Assembly: GCF_020745735.1 (NCBI RefSeq)
Contig: NC_083409.1
Span: 13,775,279-13,839,278, forward strand
Reading direction: 5' to 3'
Length of the DNA: 64,000 nucleotides
Origin: Hemiscyllium ocellatum
Lineage: Eukaryota
Positions 48,701-56,800 of the stretch are shown here, piece after piece (position 1 is the first letter of the stretch; every line of letters starts with the position of its first letter). The notes under the pieces are model-generated. The model saw only the letters and a program-made list of their open reading frames with translations. It did no database searches and was not told where the DNA came from. The position numbers and the translations under genes were made by a program.

Positions 48701-49922
48701 AAATCATTGCTTTTTTTCCCTCTTTGGATCAAACATTTCCAGCTGATAGTGTGCGTCCATTAGGCAAAGGTTGGAAGTCTCTGCTCTGGACCAGCTCAAG
48801 TAGTGATACCGTCAGGCCACAGCTACACCAGGGCAGAGGGCCAGCCTAAAGTTAAAACGTGTAATTCAGTTACACTCACCAGCTCTTTCCTTGTGGTGGG
48901 TATTCCTTTCTGGTTGTGCATACTGAGTGAAACATCTCCACTCGTTTATTATGTTACTGGCAATATTGGTGATTGATCTCACTGGTTTGAGGAGTTGTGG
49001 CATTGTAATCAAATTCAAAACCAGGTAGGAACAGGATTAAGCCAGCAGCACCCTTCAGTCTGTTCTCGTACTCCTCATCATAGCTGATTTGTATCTACCT
49101 CTGTATATTGATCTCCTAACTTTTCCGAACTGTTATTTGACCTTACAAATATCTGTCAACACTCGTATTGAAATGCTGTAACAGTCACAATAGTTTTTAA
49201 GGCTGGAAGGAACCAGATTATTTTAGTATTGTTTGTGTGGCAAAAGGCTTCTTCACATCGTCCCCCTAATCAACCTAAGTCTTATTTTCCTGCATGCCCT
49301 ATTTCTGGCATGCCTCACCAAAGGAACTAGTTTCTCACTTCCTTCGCTGTCAAATCGTTTAATCATCTCAGTCACTTCTATAGATCCATCCCCTAGTCAT
49401 CTTTACTCAAGAGAATGCAGGCCTCGTTTATCAAATAAAAGTAAAAAATGCTGGAAATATTCAGGTCAGACCTAATTTATGTAGCCAGTCCTTAACCTTC
49501 TCAGCCTTGGTATTGTTTTGTCCAAGAATAACTAGTGACTCTCCATTGATCTCACAGCGAGCCCTCCAGAACTCCTGTCCAAGCTCCACTTGCTGTGTGG
49601 GAATGGCCACTTGTGTGATACTGGACACAAGGAAAATGGGAGGCCTGCAGTCTGAGTGATTTCAGGGCAAACGCTGCTCAGTATGAGAGGAAAGAGCTGT
49701 AACAAATAAATCTTGATATAAAAAACAATAACACCCCCTCTGTTTTTTTTCTGGCAGGTTCAAGAGCTTTATGAGGAGGAAGCCCAATGGGTGAATTATG
49801 ATGAGGATGAGCTTTGTGTGAAGATGCAGTTGGCAGATTATATTTTTGAAGTTCTGATAAAAGACACAATAAATGTACTGAATCAGATTCAGGGGCAACA
49901 GTTAAAACTCATGTTATCCTAA
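6682..49922 (+). CDS. CEP350: CEP350-family centrosomal protein, 3' 20 coding exons (5'-partial; CAP-Gly-less, possibly the CCDC187-type paralogue)
   Basis: The 20 exons listed below have AG acceptors and GT (one possibly GC) donors, all phase-compatible, totalling 3213 nt with no internal stop. Peptides match CEP350 hallmarks: AQQETVSLAQILK, FSGGQDSFYKFTMEMVRQY, KEKTKAELAWLEHQKK, FLTKREQKL..AEELLEWK, VQELYEEEAQWVNYDEDELCVKMQLAD. Family is certain; orthology to CEP350 versus its paralogue is not. Confidence 0.9.
7324..7495 (+). CDS. CEP350: CEP350-like exon B (1 to 2)
   Basis: ttctgtttctatcag|AT...TATAG|gtatga; DGRYLEDSVASATSVKSSSRSKSRK...DPLTAYR, Ser-rich like the corresponding CEP350 region. 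Confidence 0.75.
8491..9290 (-). mobile_element. Penelope-like element remnant (GIY-YIG region) with hairpin/pLTR arms at both ends
   Basis: Perfect 30-bp inverted repeat 8491-8520/8569-8598 enclosing hammerhead-like cores; 8660-9180 resembles the endonuclease region of the 18-19 kb PLE; degenerate pLTR arm at 9180-9290. Confidence 0.65.
9430..9635 (+). CDS. CEP350: CEP350-like exon C (2 to 1)
   Basis: ttttgtgctttcag|T...GCAG|gttgga; SAHGKSSKKSTSSSLFHS...PSTSSAA; phase fits exons B and D. Confidence 0.7.
9850..10440 (-). mobile_element. CR1 LINE 3' fragment
   Basis: Tail agcagaagtaggctattcggcc...catggctgatc followed by antisense ORF2 C-terminus. Confidence 0.7.
10535..10698 (+). CDS. CEP350: CEP350-like exon D (1 to 0)
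   Basis: ggttattgcag|CC...AAG|gtacag; HHMTAQHTYLDAMEESIRQLSEIDMTRGIAFAQQETVSLAQILK. Confidence 0.92.
11240..11350 (+). CDS. CEP350: CEP350-like exon E (0 to 0)
   Basis: tttgtgtccag|GCC...CAG|gtactt; AQQLSHEHDIALLKLKAEQEAAASQRQLEEARQKAVQ. Confidence 0.92.
12390..12590 (+). mobile_element. DeuSINE-like central domain fragment
   Basis: ggactgctgc..ctttcaggcaagacgttaaa..gaagatcc..ttgaagaag..gagctctcctg; family assignment from memory. Confidence 0.45.
13325..13580 (+). mobile_element. L2/CR1-group LINE fragment (family 2)
   Basis: gtgatggaata-like...caccatctacaagatg motif shared with 6000-6270. Confidence 0.6.
13581..13995 (-). mobile_element. 5'-truncated CR1 LINE
   Basis: (tagaaca)n tail; ORF ...RGVDRVNSQRLFPRAG...YKGNVRGRFFTQRVLNAWNA. 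Confidence 0.85.
14626..14757 (+). CDS. CEP350: CEP350-like exon F (0 to 0)
   Basis: tttgtgttctcag|GCA...GAG|gtactt; ACAESLQQFVQVRQEMLQESTTKLITQQVELARLMADTARQVTE. Confidence 0.9.
15630..17260 (-). mobile_element. Fragmented old CR1 LINE
   Basis: Tail ggagcaggagtagg..ttgagcttgctccc..catggctg and antisense RT remnants (tagcaaatttgtcaaa..ttccctttcacaaaatcc). Confidence 0.65.
17536..17696 (+). CDS. CEP350: CEP350-like exon G (0 to 2)
   Basis: cttgctggtttag|ATG...GACAG|gtaaga; MTELA...LLDQQRQQHSDFMNQLRTRTEPDR. Confidence 0.9.
18214..18253 (-). ncRNA. Second copy of the pLTR hammerhead motif
   Basis: Reverse complement reads GCACUGAUGAUGUUCCCUAGCCAGGGAACGAAACGUUUGC. Confidence 0.6.
19455..19494 (+). 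ncRNA. Minimal type-I hammerhead ribozyme motif in the PLE pLTR
   Basis: GCA-CUGAUGA-U-GUUCCCU(AGCA)AGGGAAC-GAAA-CGUU-UGC: intact core, 7-bp stem II, palindromic ACGU stem III, only 3-bp stem I. Confidence 0.6.
20854..20976 (+). CDS. CEP350: CEP350-like exon H (2 to 2)
   Basis: tttgtttcatcgtag|A...CGGAG|gtgggc; KNECSPTPGG...DSLTESSRLKYHDRR. Confidence 0.88.
21046..21590. mobile_element. Penelope-derived hairpin element with a nested SINE
   Basis: Arms gtactgaaaacaacaaatactggag / ctccagcatttgttgttttcagtac; centre gagtcgagatgactcctcatcagagctctgatagagtcatctcgactc is a decayed double hammerhead. Confidence 0.7.
21079..21390 (+). mobile_element. tRNA-derived SINE with family-2 LINE tail
   Basis: Head gggaggtgatggcccagtggtattattgctggactgttaatccag; tail gggcagttagggatgggcaataaatgctg..catccc. 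Confidence 0.8.
21770..21975 (-). mobile_element. CR1 3' tail fragment
   Basis: agagtcatacgacatggaaacggacccttcggtccaac... Confidence 0.7.
22225..23000 (-). mobile_element. L2/CR1-group LINE 3' part (family 2)
   Basis: Antisense tail acatttattgtctaattctaatgcccttgagaagg; ORF MGAAPRTLKKLD... Confidence 0.75.
23527..23687 (+). CDS. CEP350: CEP350-like exon I (2 to 1); donor is GC at 23688 or GT at 23679
   Basis: atttctatggcag|C...; SSGSSKHDSPSVPF...SSIEEVVQTTADNSIHSDSLPSLPGEK; absent from the ORF track but required to bridge phase 2 to phase 1. Confidence 0.88.
24147..24331 (+). CDS. CEP350: CEP350-like exon J (1 to 0)
   Basis: attgtctctccag|AC...AAA|gtgagt; DSASVATEFDESMTEDEIEEQSF..LLPSKSH..FNM. 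Confidence 0.93.
25250..25438. mobile_element. 189-bp non-autonomous Penelope-derived hairpin element
   Basis: ~62-bp arms 25251-25312/25342-25403 with 2 mismatches; perfect 13-bp TSD cttcagcaattca (25237-25249, 25439-25451). Confidence 0.9.
25306..25348 (-). ncRNA. Hammerhead ribozyme core capping the hairpin
   Basis: GGAAAUU-CUGAUGA-A-GGGC(UUAU)GCCC-GAAA-CGUC-G-AAUUUCC: core, stem II and GUC triplet intact; one-base register slip at stem I. Confidence 0.62.
26250..26437 (+). CDS. CEP350: CEP350-like exon K (0 to 2)
   Basis: ctttcactgtccag|CAT...AAAAA|gtgagt; FSGGQDSFYKFTMEMVRQYVEEEEMRAQHRVSLLKLREQAMKEKTKAELAWLEHQKK. Confidence 0.95.
26690..27420 (-). mobile_element. L2/CR1-group LINE fragments (family 2), tail present twice
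   Basis: tagtatttatttactcgccctcattctcga (~26705) and ccagtattgttgtccatccttcattgcacttgggaagg (~26925) followed by antisense ORF2. Confidence 0.65.
27965..29890 (+). mobile_element. 5'-truncated CR1 LINE (~1.9 kb, disabled)
   Basis: KSPGPDGINPRI, VYMDFSKAFDK, TQGSILGALLF, SKFADD-like, VQRRFTRMLPG motifs across broken frames; ttctatgttc tail. Confidence 0.92.
29918..30005 (+). CDS. CEP350: CEP350-like exon L (2 to 0)
   Basis: gtcctctaaccag|A...CAG|gtatga; CLQDNGEDDKMPSIRRRQRGLLLRLQQEQ. Confidence 0.93.
31062..31208 (+). CDS. CEP350: CEP350-like exon M (0 to 0)
   Basis: tttcaccacag|GCT...TTG|gttagt; AEIRHLQKANKAAHRERQLILKQQEEI...LKSVGESKL. Confidence 0.93.
32050..32237 (+). CDS. CEP350: CEP350-like exon N (0 to 2)
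   Basis: ggtatattctcag|GTT...GAAAA|gtaata; ...ETWSPSSVSTSGSETSNIMQKQKMRSHVDEK. Confidence 0.9.
32797..33130 (+). mobile_element. HE1-like V-SINE
   Basis: gggcagcaccatggctcaatgg..gggttcgattc; V-domain; tail aatggcctgtttccacactgagggattctatgatt. Confidence 0.88.
33660..34290 (+). mobile_element. CR1 3' fragment
   Basis: KVLGSVAEQRDLGVQV..YRTLVRPLLE. Confidence 0.85.
35540..36590 (-). mobile_element. CR1 3' part with internal deletions
   Basis: Tail ccttgagcctgctctgtcattcag; WQPVTSEVLQGS..ISKFVGDTKLGG. Confidence 0.85.
37165..37355. mobile_element. Decayed Penelope-derived hairpin element
   Basis: cagcatcactgaagagaaaaaga..tatgtttc / aaaacataacttttctttttcttcacagatgctgtcagacctgctgag. Confidence 0.6.
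38029..38222 (+). CDS. CEP350: CEP350-like exon O (2 to 1)
   Basis: gcatgtccatcag|G...AACG|gtaatg; FLTKREQKLQRRRRAEELLEWKQRLDAEEAAIQQMEEQAQAAWD. Confidence 0.94.
39075..39277 (+). CDS. CEP350: CEP350-like exon P (1 to 0)
   Basis: ttattttctgtag|AC...ATG|gtaaaa; TGSEEECPVP...DSSVPEE...SPDHPIFTDGVYSQDF. Confidence 0.87.
39385..39715 (+). repeat. Purine/G-rich degenerate minisatellite
   Basis: Recurring gaatgggaattctgag-like units and many GGG runs. Confidence 0.7.
41054..41293 (+). CDS. CEP350: CEP350-like exon Q (0 to 0)
   Basis: tactttgcaacag|GGC...GAG|gtgaga; ...EIVTLVHGAAEELYKWQELGHDL...SVSRRAYCE. Confidence 0.9.
43059..43205 (+). CDS. CEP350: CEP350-like exon R (0 to 0)
   Basis: ttactacttccag|CTT...AAG|gtaata; LIFNVTREIFADIFSDD...PWMKPSRISSLFFKRARNPQNLNEVK. 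Confidence 0.93.
43550..45460 (-). mobile_element. L2/CR1-group LINE (family 2) with a nested CR1 at ~44265-45262
   Basis: Tail ctggccagcatttattgacc..; family-2 sequence resumes after 45265. Confidence 0.7.
44265..45262 (-). mobile_element. 5'-truncated CR1 LINE
   Basis: 203-aa ORF PVTSGVPQGSVLGSLHFVNYINDLD..SNFADNTKI..YSVQFWTP. Confidence 0.9.
45535..45860 (+). mobile_element. DeuSINE-like SINE
   Basis: ctatggctcagtgg head; gaggcccc..ctactttgaagaggag..ttctccc; tttgtgggaacttgctgtgtgaaa; family assignment from memory. Confidence 0.55.
46991..47113 (+). CDS. CEP350: CEP350-like exon S (0 to 0)
   Basis: gcttctacccacag|ATC...TTG|gtaggt; FISNEVLKLFGL...KTTWQKLKKFGTKQRDPVDHIL. Confidence 0.93.
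47393..47577. mobile_element. 185-bp Penelope-derived hairpin element
   Basis: ~58-bp arms; loop tcagttagactcgaaacgtcag is a hammerhead 3' half; 14-bp TSD ttcctcactcacct/ttcctcacttacct (47379-47392, 47578-47591). Confidence 0.85.
49758..49922 (+). CDS. CEP350: CEP350-like terminal coding exon T (stop TAA 49920-49922)
   Basis: ttttttctggcag|GTT; VQELYEEEAQWVNYDEDELCVKMQLADYIFEVLIKDTINVLNQIQGQQLKLMLS*, the conserved CEP350 C-terminus. Confidence 0.96.
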   Translation, partial: VQELYEEEAQWVNYDEDELCVKMQLADYIFEVLIKDTINVLNQIQGQQLKLMLS

Positions 49923-50575
49923 CATGGGCCATGCCATCGGCCAATTTATGGACTCCAGAAAAAAACCAAACCTCATGCCCCGAGCAGAAGAGAATCCACC
50001 TCGGCCTCTAAACCCCTCTCTCTGATTGAGTTTTGACATCTGGCATAAAATTTCCTCAATAAGTAGGTGGTTTGGGATATCGATCCTTACTGGAGTCAGC
50101 CGATTGGCAGGATGTGGATACCAGAAGTGCCAACCTTTCTCCTGACCTATTTATATACAACCAGATCCCATTTATTTATCCAAACTGCAGCATGGACTTG
50201 AATTCAAAGAAGATTGCACATTCAATTTTGTTTTTGTATTTACACCTACATTTACCTTTTTAAAAAGTATATCTAGTGGTGCAATGATATGTGTTTGGTG
50301 TATGTTAGCTCTGAGACTCTGAACAATGGCTGATAGCAGACACTGAATACTCCCTCTGAGTGAGGAGGACTATATCTGCATGACTGAAGTGGAAGGCAGA
50401 TGTATTGAGGATTTTAAATACTTGCACTTACTTCATTATAAGTCTTGATTTTATTTTTTGGTTTTAAATTATTTCAGAAAGGACAATTGATTTTTATTCA
50501 TGTAAATGGACTGTATTTGTGATTTTCAGGAAAACGTTGAAAACTTTGAGCAGCTTTTGAGATCACTTGCACTAA

Positions 50576-50716
50576 TTCAGAACTTCTTCTGAACTCTCTC
50601 TCTCTCTCTCTCTCTCTCATTCAGAACTCTCTCTCTCTCTCCTTCAGAACTCTCTTTCTCCTTCAGAACTCTCTAGCTCTCTCTCTCTCTCTCTCTCGCT
50701 CTCGCTCTCTTTCTCC
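50576..50716. repeat. Compound (CT)n microsatellite punctuated by ttcagaac
   Basis: tcagaac/tgaac followed by (tc)n about five times, ending in (ctcg)n. Confidence 0.9.
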
Positions 50717-50813
50717 ATACGACAGGAACATCTTTTTCTCCCTCCTTTCTCACCACTCCTGATCATTTCTATTGCATGGTGCTTCTGTCTGTTAATTTTC
50801 TCGAATGTTCCTC

Positions 50814-53800
50814 TTTTTTTAGTAAATATTTATTGAAAAAATATTATATTATAATGCAGTAATGTGAATAAACTGCCGGCTGTTGTTCAAGATAGTTGTC
50901 TCATATTTGCTTAAATTAAAACAAATCAGCACAAACTCAAATTAAATAAAATAACACTAAATTTAATTACAATCCACTAAAATTAAATTGTACTATATTA
51001 CATGACTCCACTCGCCGCACTCTCCATCAAAGCTCCCGTCCACAGGAGCAACAGTGATTATACCCGTATTTATGAGACCACACCCTCCTCCCACCCACCA
51101 AATCCCCGTGATCCCCGGACCACCACATACAGCCCTCGTGCCTCTATAAAGGCCCTAATCAGTACTGCCGACAGATCCATGTTGATGTAAATTAGAAAGG
51201 GCCGCCATGTCTTATAAAATTGCTCCATTCTGTGGTGCCCCATACTGTCAGGTAATCTTGTGGGACGTACTCCATCACAAGTCTGTGCCACCTTGAAAGA
51301 CCTGGAGACTTTGCTGATATTCAATTCATTAGGATGTCCTTCCTCACACAATGTGAAAGAATGTTGAATAACCTCTTCCCGTGCTCACGCAAAGAGGGAA
51401 GTTTCGATCGTTCCCAAAAGGACAGACACCAGATCCTCCCAAACTTCCATTCCCAGGATTGTCTCCAGCTCATTCACTATGCCCCCCCCCGATCCACAGA
51501 TCTTGTAACAGGACCAAAAGCAATGCGTAAGGATGTCAATACTGTTTTTACATTTGGGACATTTCGGGGAAGACCCTTTCTTAAACTTTGCTAACCTCTC
51601 TGGCTCCATTTGGGTCCTGGGGAGGATCTTCAATTGCATTGCTTGTGCCTTATTGTAGATTGATTTTTTTTTACATTCCCTCATACATTGTCCCACATTT
51701 CTGATGAGATTTCTTCCCTTACCTCCTGATTCCAAATCTCCCTGACTCTCTCCAATTCCCCCAAGGCATTCCCTCTCTGCAGATGATATGAGGTACTAAC
51801 TGAAAGAGCCCCCTCATCGGAGCACTCTTCATTCTATATCCGACTTGTTGGGCTGGGTCAAGAACGTAGTCTTCTTCTGTATGTAATCCCTAACCTGGAA
51901 ATATCGGAAAAGATCCCAATTAGGGATTTCGTATTTCTGACCTAATTTGCATGAACAGTAAATTTCTAAAGGGACATCTCACCTGCGAGGCCACTGCATC
52001 AAGCCACATCGACTTTGAGTCATTACGCACCTATTCAACTACACATAGCAACAGGGTGCTGCTTTGATACTCTTCAGATCTGGGAGGTCCACCACCCCCT
52101 CCATATCCTGCGGAAGTTGCAATTTGGTAAATTTAATTAAATTGCACCGACAGCGCAAAATAAATGACCCAAGCCATCCCACAAACCTCCGCAGCACCTG
52201 GTTGGGTAATAACAAAGGGAGCATCCTCACAGGATAGAACCACCAAGGAACAACATTCACTTTAATCAAGGCTATACGGCCGAGCCATGATCTGGGTATT
52301 CCCTCCCATCGCTGCAAGTCCTGCTTTACCCTCTCAAACAGTGACATAAGGTTAGCTCCATACAGTTGCGGGAAGTGAGGGGTAATAAAAATTCCCAGAT
52401 CGGGAAAACCTTTCTGGGACCATCTAAAAGGAAACTCCATTCCATCCTCCAGTTTCAGTACCTGCACCAATCTCCCACAGGCAGGACTTCCGATTTTGGA
52501 AAATTTATGCTGTATCCTGAAAGGTTGATGAATAATTTAATTTTTTGTATTAGCTGGGGTAAGGGCTTTTCGGGGTTAGCTACAAACAGAAGGACATTGT
52601 CCACATTGAGAGTGATTTTTGTTTCCCCAACTCCCACCTTCGGTGCCGTTATTTCAGGGTCTTTTCAGACAGTCCCTGCCAGTGGTTCAAGCACCAAGGT
52701 AAACAGTAGGGGCAACAGGGAACATCCCTGTCAGCTGCCCCTCCCCACACCAAAATTACTCAATTTAACCCCATTCGTGATAACCGCCACCAATCAGGTC
52801 ATACTCTCTACCTTTCTCAACCTCTCCCACCCACCACACAGCCCCAACACCCACACCAAAACGATCGAGAAGAGCAAAGAGATACGAGCGTTTTTTTCCA
52901 CCCAATTAAAAGCCTTTTCTGCCTCCAGGGAGACCAGCAAACCCGGAATCATTCTCTGCTGACATAGTTGAACTATGTGCAATACCCGCCTGATATTGTT
53001 GGAGGAGCTGCGGCCTGTGATAAAACACATCTGCTCCTCTTTTATAAAAATGGGCAGCACCTTCTCCAGTCTCAGAACTGACACCTTTGATAGAATTTTG
53101 AAATCCACATTCAACAACGAGGTGGGTCTATACAATGCACAATCCTCAGGGTCTTTCCCTTTGTTTAAAGTAAGGGAGATATTAGCCTCTGTAAGAGAAG
53201 GTGGAAGACAGCCCTGGCCATAGGAATGACTATACAGCTCCAGCAGTGGTTCAGCTACATGCGTATGAACTCCTTGTAAAATCCACATGGGAATCTGTCT
53301 GGACCAGGTACTGTACCACCTTGGAGCTGCCTTAACGCCTCTTGCACCTCCTGTACTGTCAGAGGGAGGCCTGATCTGCATTTATACCAGGGAAGGCCAA
53401 GTTTTCAAAAAAGGATTCCATTCTCACTTCTCCATCCCCACAGCCCTCTGACCGGTGTAACCCGGCATAGAACGCCCGGAATCTGGCATCGATTTTCTTC
53501 AGTTCACGAGTGACATTGCCAGTTCTCTCCCTGATAAACACAATGGACTGCGGAGCACTTTCCTTCCTAGCCAGGTAAACCAGGGATCTACCTCACTTAT
53601 CCCCATATTCAAACAGCCTTTGCTTTGCAAAGGACACCCCTCTCTTTTCCACTTGTGTGAGCGCTGAGTCCAGAGCAGCCCGGAGAGCCATGACCCGTTG
53701 TAATCTGATCCCAGGTGGTCTGGGGTAATATGCCGATTTGGCTGCCTTCAGCCGGGCCTCAAGTATCAGCTGCTGCTGTCCTCTCTGCCTCCTTCTCATT

Positions 53801-56800
53801 GTCAAGTGTGAAATAATCAAACCCCTTAAGAATGCTTTGGTGGTCACCCAGAGCACTGATGGGTTACTGGCCATAGCCCAATTGATGTCCCAAAATACCT
53901 TGAACTCCCTTGTGATACGCTGTACAGAGTTGACATCCTTCAACAGAAACGGATTTGTGCGACATTGTTGTGTGTCTACTCCACTACCTTTGGTCTTAAC
54001 ACCTAAATATACTGCCAGATGGTTCGAAATAGTTACGTCCCCAATCCTGCAGGCTAACACCAAGTCCAAACAAGCCGATGGAACAAAGAACATTTCAATT
54101 CTTGTGTGGCACTTGGGCAGGTTGGAGTAAAAGGTAAAGTCCCTCCCATTTGGGTGGGGGCACCTCCACACATCCACCAATCTCAACTCCTCACACAAGT
54201 CCACTAACTGCCTAGTCTGCAGAGGTGTACCCGACAGCCCCCTTTGCATCCTGTCCACCCCAGGGTCCATGAGACATAGGTCTCCTCCTATAAACATACA
54301 GCGCACCCCAAGAGCCATTAACTTAAAGACTGCATTAATTAAAAATTTGAGAGGATGTGCCGCGGGACAGTAAACGTTCAGGATGCCATACTCTTCTCTT
54401 TGTACCACAGCCTTGAGAATAATGAACCATCCATGCTCATCCTTGGTTTGATCGATCACCTGAAATGGGAGGTTCCTTCGTACCAATATGGCCACTCCTC
54501 TGCATTTGGAGTTGAAAGAGGAGAAGAATACCCTATCATATCTCACCCCCCATCCCCCCACCCCCCGTTGTAACTTCAGATGTTCCCTGTCAGTCAAAAG
54601 CATATCTTGCAGTGGAGCGATGTCAACCCTTCCCTTTTTAAGATTTGTGAGCACCTTTTTCCTTTTAATGGGGGAATGACTCCCCGTTATATTCCAGGTG
54701 CACCACCTGAACAGATCACTAGCCATGACCCCACACTGCAGCCCGCAGTCCCCCCGAGAGGAAGGAGCCCATTCAATATGCAACGAGTGGGAAAGAAACA
54801 ACACAGACTTTATCAAATCTTAAGCCAATTTCGACAAACACCACCAAAACAACTTAAGACTAAAATTGGGGCCTTGAAGACAGATATAGGGGAATATATT
54901 ACGGAGAACAAAGAAATGGCAGAAGAATTGAATTGGTACTACAGATCAGTGTTCACTGGGGAAGACACAAACAATCTCCCTGAGGTAACAGTGGCTGAAG
55001 GACCTGAACTTAAGGGAATTTACATTTGCCAGGAATTGGTGTTGGAGAGACTGTTAGGTCTGAAGGTTGATAAGTCCCCGGGGTCTGATGGTCTACATCC
55101 CAGGGTACTGAAGGAAGTGGCTCGAGAAATTGTGGAAGCGTTGGTGATTATTTTCCAGTTTTCGATAGATTCAGGATCAGTTCCTGCGGATTGGAGGGTG
55201 GCTAATGTTGTACCACTTTTTAAGAAAGGTGGGAGAGAGAAAGCAGGAGATTATTGACAAGTTAGTCTGACCTCAGTGGTGGGAAAGATGCTGGAGTCTA
55301 TTGCACAGGATGAAATTACGAAACATCTGGATAGTAATAACAGGATAGGTCATAGTCAGCATGGATTTATGAAGGGGAAATCATGCTTGACTAATCTTCT
55401 GGAATTTTTTGAGGATGTAACTCTGAAGATGGACGAGGGAGATGCAGTAGATATAGTGTACCTGGACTTTCAGAAAGCTTTTGATAAAGTCCCACATAGG
55501 AGGTTAGTGAGCAAAATTAGGGTGCATGGAATTCAGGGCAAAGTACTAACTTGGATTGAAAGTTGGTTGGACGACAGGAGACAAAGAGTAGTGATAGATG
55601 GCCCAAATTTGGAATGGCAGACAGTGACCAGTGGGGTACCGCAGGGATCAGTGCTGGGACTGCAGGTTTTCACAATATATATTAATGATATAGAAGATGG
55701 TATCAGTCATAACATTAGCAAATTTGCTGATGATGCTTACCTGTGTGGCACAGTGAAATGTGAGGAGTATGTTAGGAGATTACAGGGTGACCTGGACAGG
55801 TTAGGTGAGACAGGTTAGGTCAGATGCATGGCAGATGCAGTTCAATGTGGATAAATGTATGGTCATCCACTTTGGTGGCAAGAACAGGAAGGCAAATGGA
55901 ATCGATTTAGGTAAAGGGGCAGTACAAAGAGATCTGGGTGTTCTTGTACACCTGTCAATGAAGGTAAGCATGCAGGTACAGCAGGAGTGAAGAAGGCTAA
56001 TAGCATGCTGGCCTTCATAACAAGAGGGATTGAGTATTGAAGCAAAGAGGTTCTTCTGCAGCTGTACAGGGCCCTGGTGAGACCACACCTGGACTATTTT
56101 GTGCAGTTCTGGTCTGCAAACTTGAGGAAAGACATTCTGGCTATTGAGGGAGTGCAGCGTAGGTTCACGAGGTCAATTCCTGGAATGGCAGGACTACCTT
56201 ACGCTGAAAGACTGGAGCAACTGGGCTTGTATACCCTTGAGTTTAGAAGGCTGAGAGGGGATCTGATTGAGACATATAAGATTATGAAAGGATTGGATAC
56301 TCTGGAGGCAGGAAACATGTTTCCGCTGATGGGTGAGTGCCAAACCAGAGGACACAGCTTAAAATTACGGGGTAGACCATTTAGGACAGAGATGAGGAGA
56401 AACTTCTTCACCCAGAGAGTGGTGGCTGTGTGGAATGCTCTACCCCAGAGGGCAGTGGAGTCCCAGTCTCTGGATTCGTTTAAGAAAGAGTTGGATAGAG
56501 CTCTCAAGGATAGTGGAATCAAGGGTTATGGAGATAAGGCAGGAACAGGATACTGATTAAGGATGATCAGCCATGGTCATATTGAATGGTGGTGCAGGTT
56601 CGAAGGGCAGAATGGCCTACTCCTGCACCTATTGTCTATTGTCTATTGTCTAAAAATCTAACCACTACTCCTAATGTCAACAAATAAACACAAAAAACAC
56701 AAATTTCCAGAGATCCACCCCTTGACCATAGGGGCTATTCACTCCCAACCTCACAACCATCCCAGCACCTTCCAGTTAAGGCCGCACCCCAAACCCAAGC

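Noticed and set aside
50530-50592. Possible alternative last exon ENVENFEQLLRSLALIQNFF*
   Set aside because: Only 20 codons, no homology recognised and no independent support
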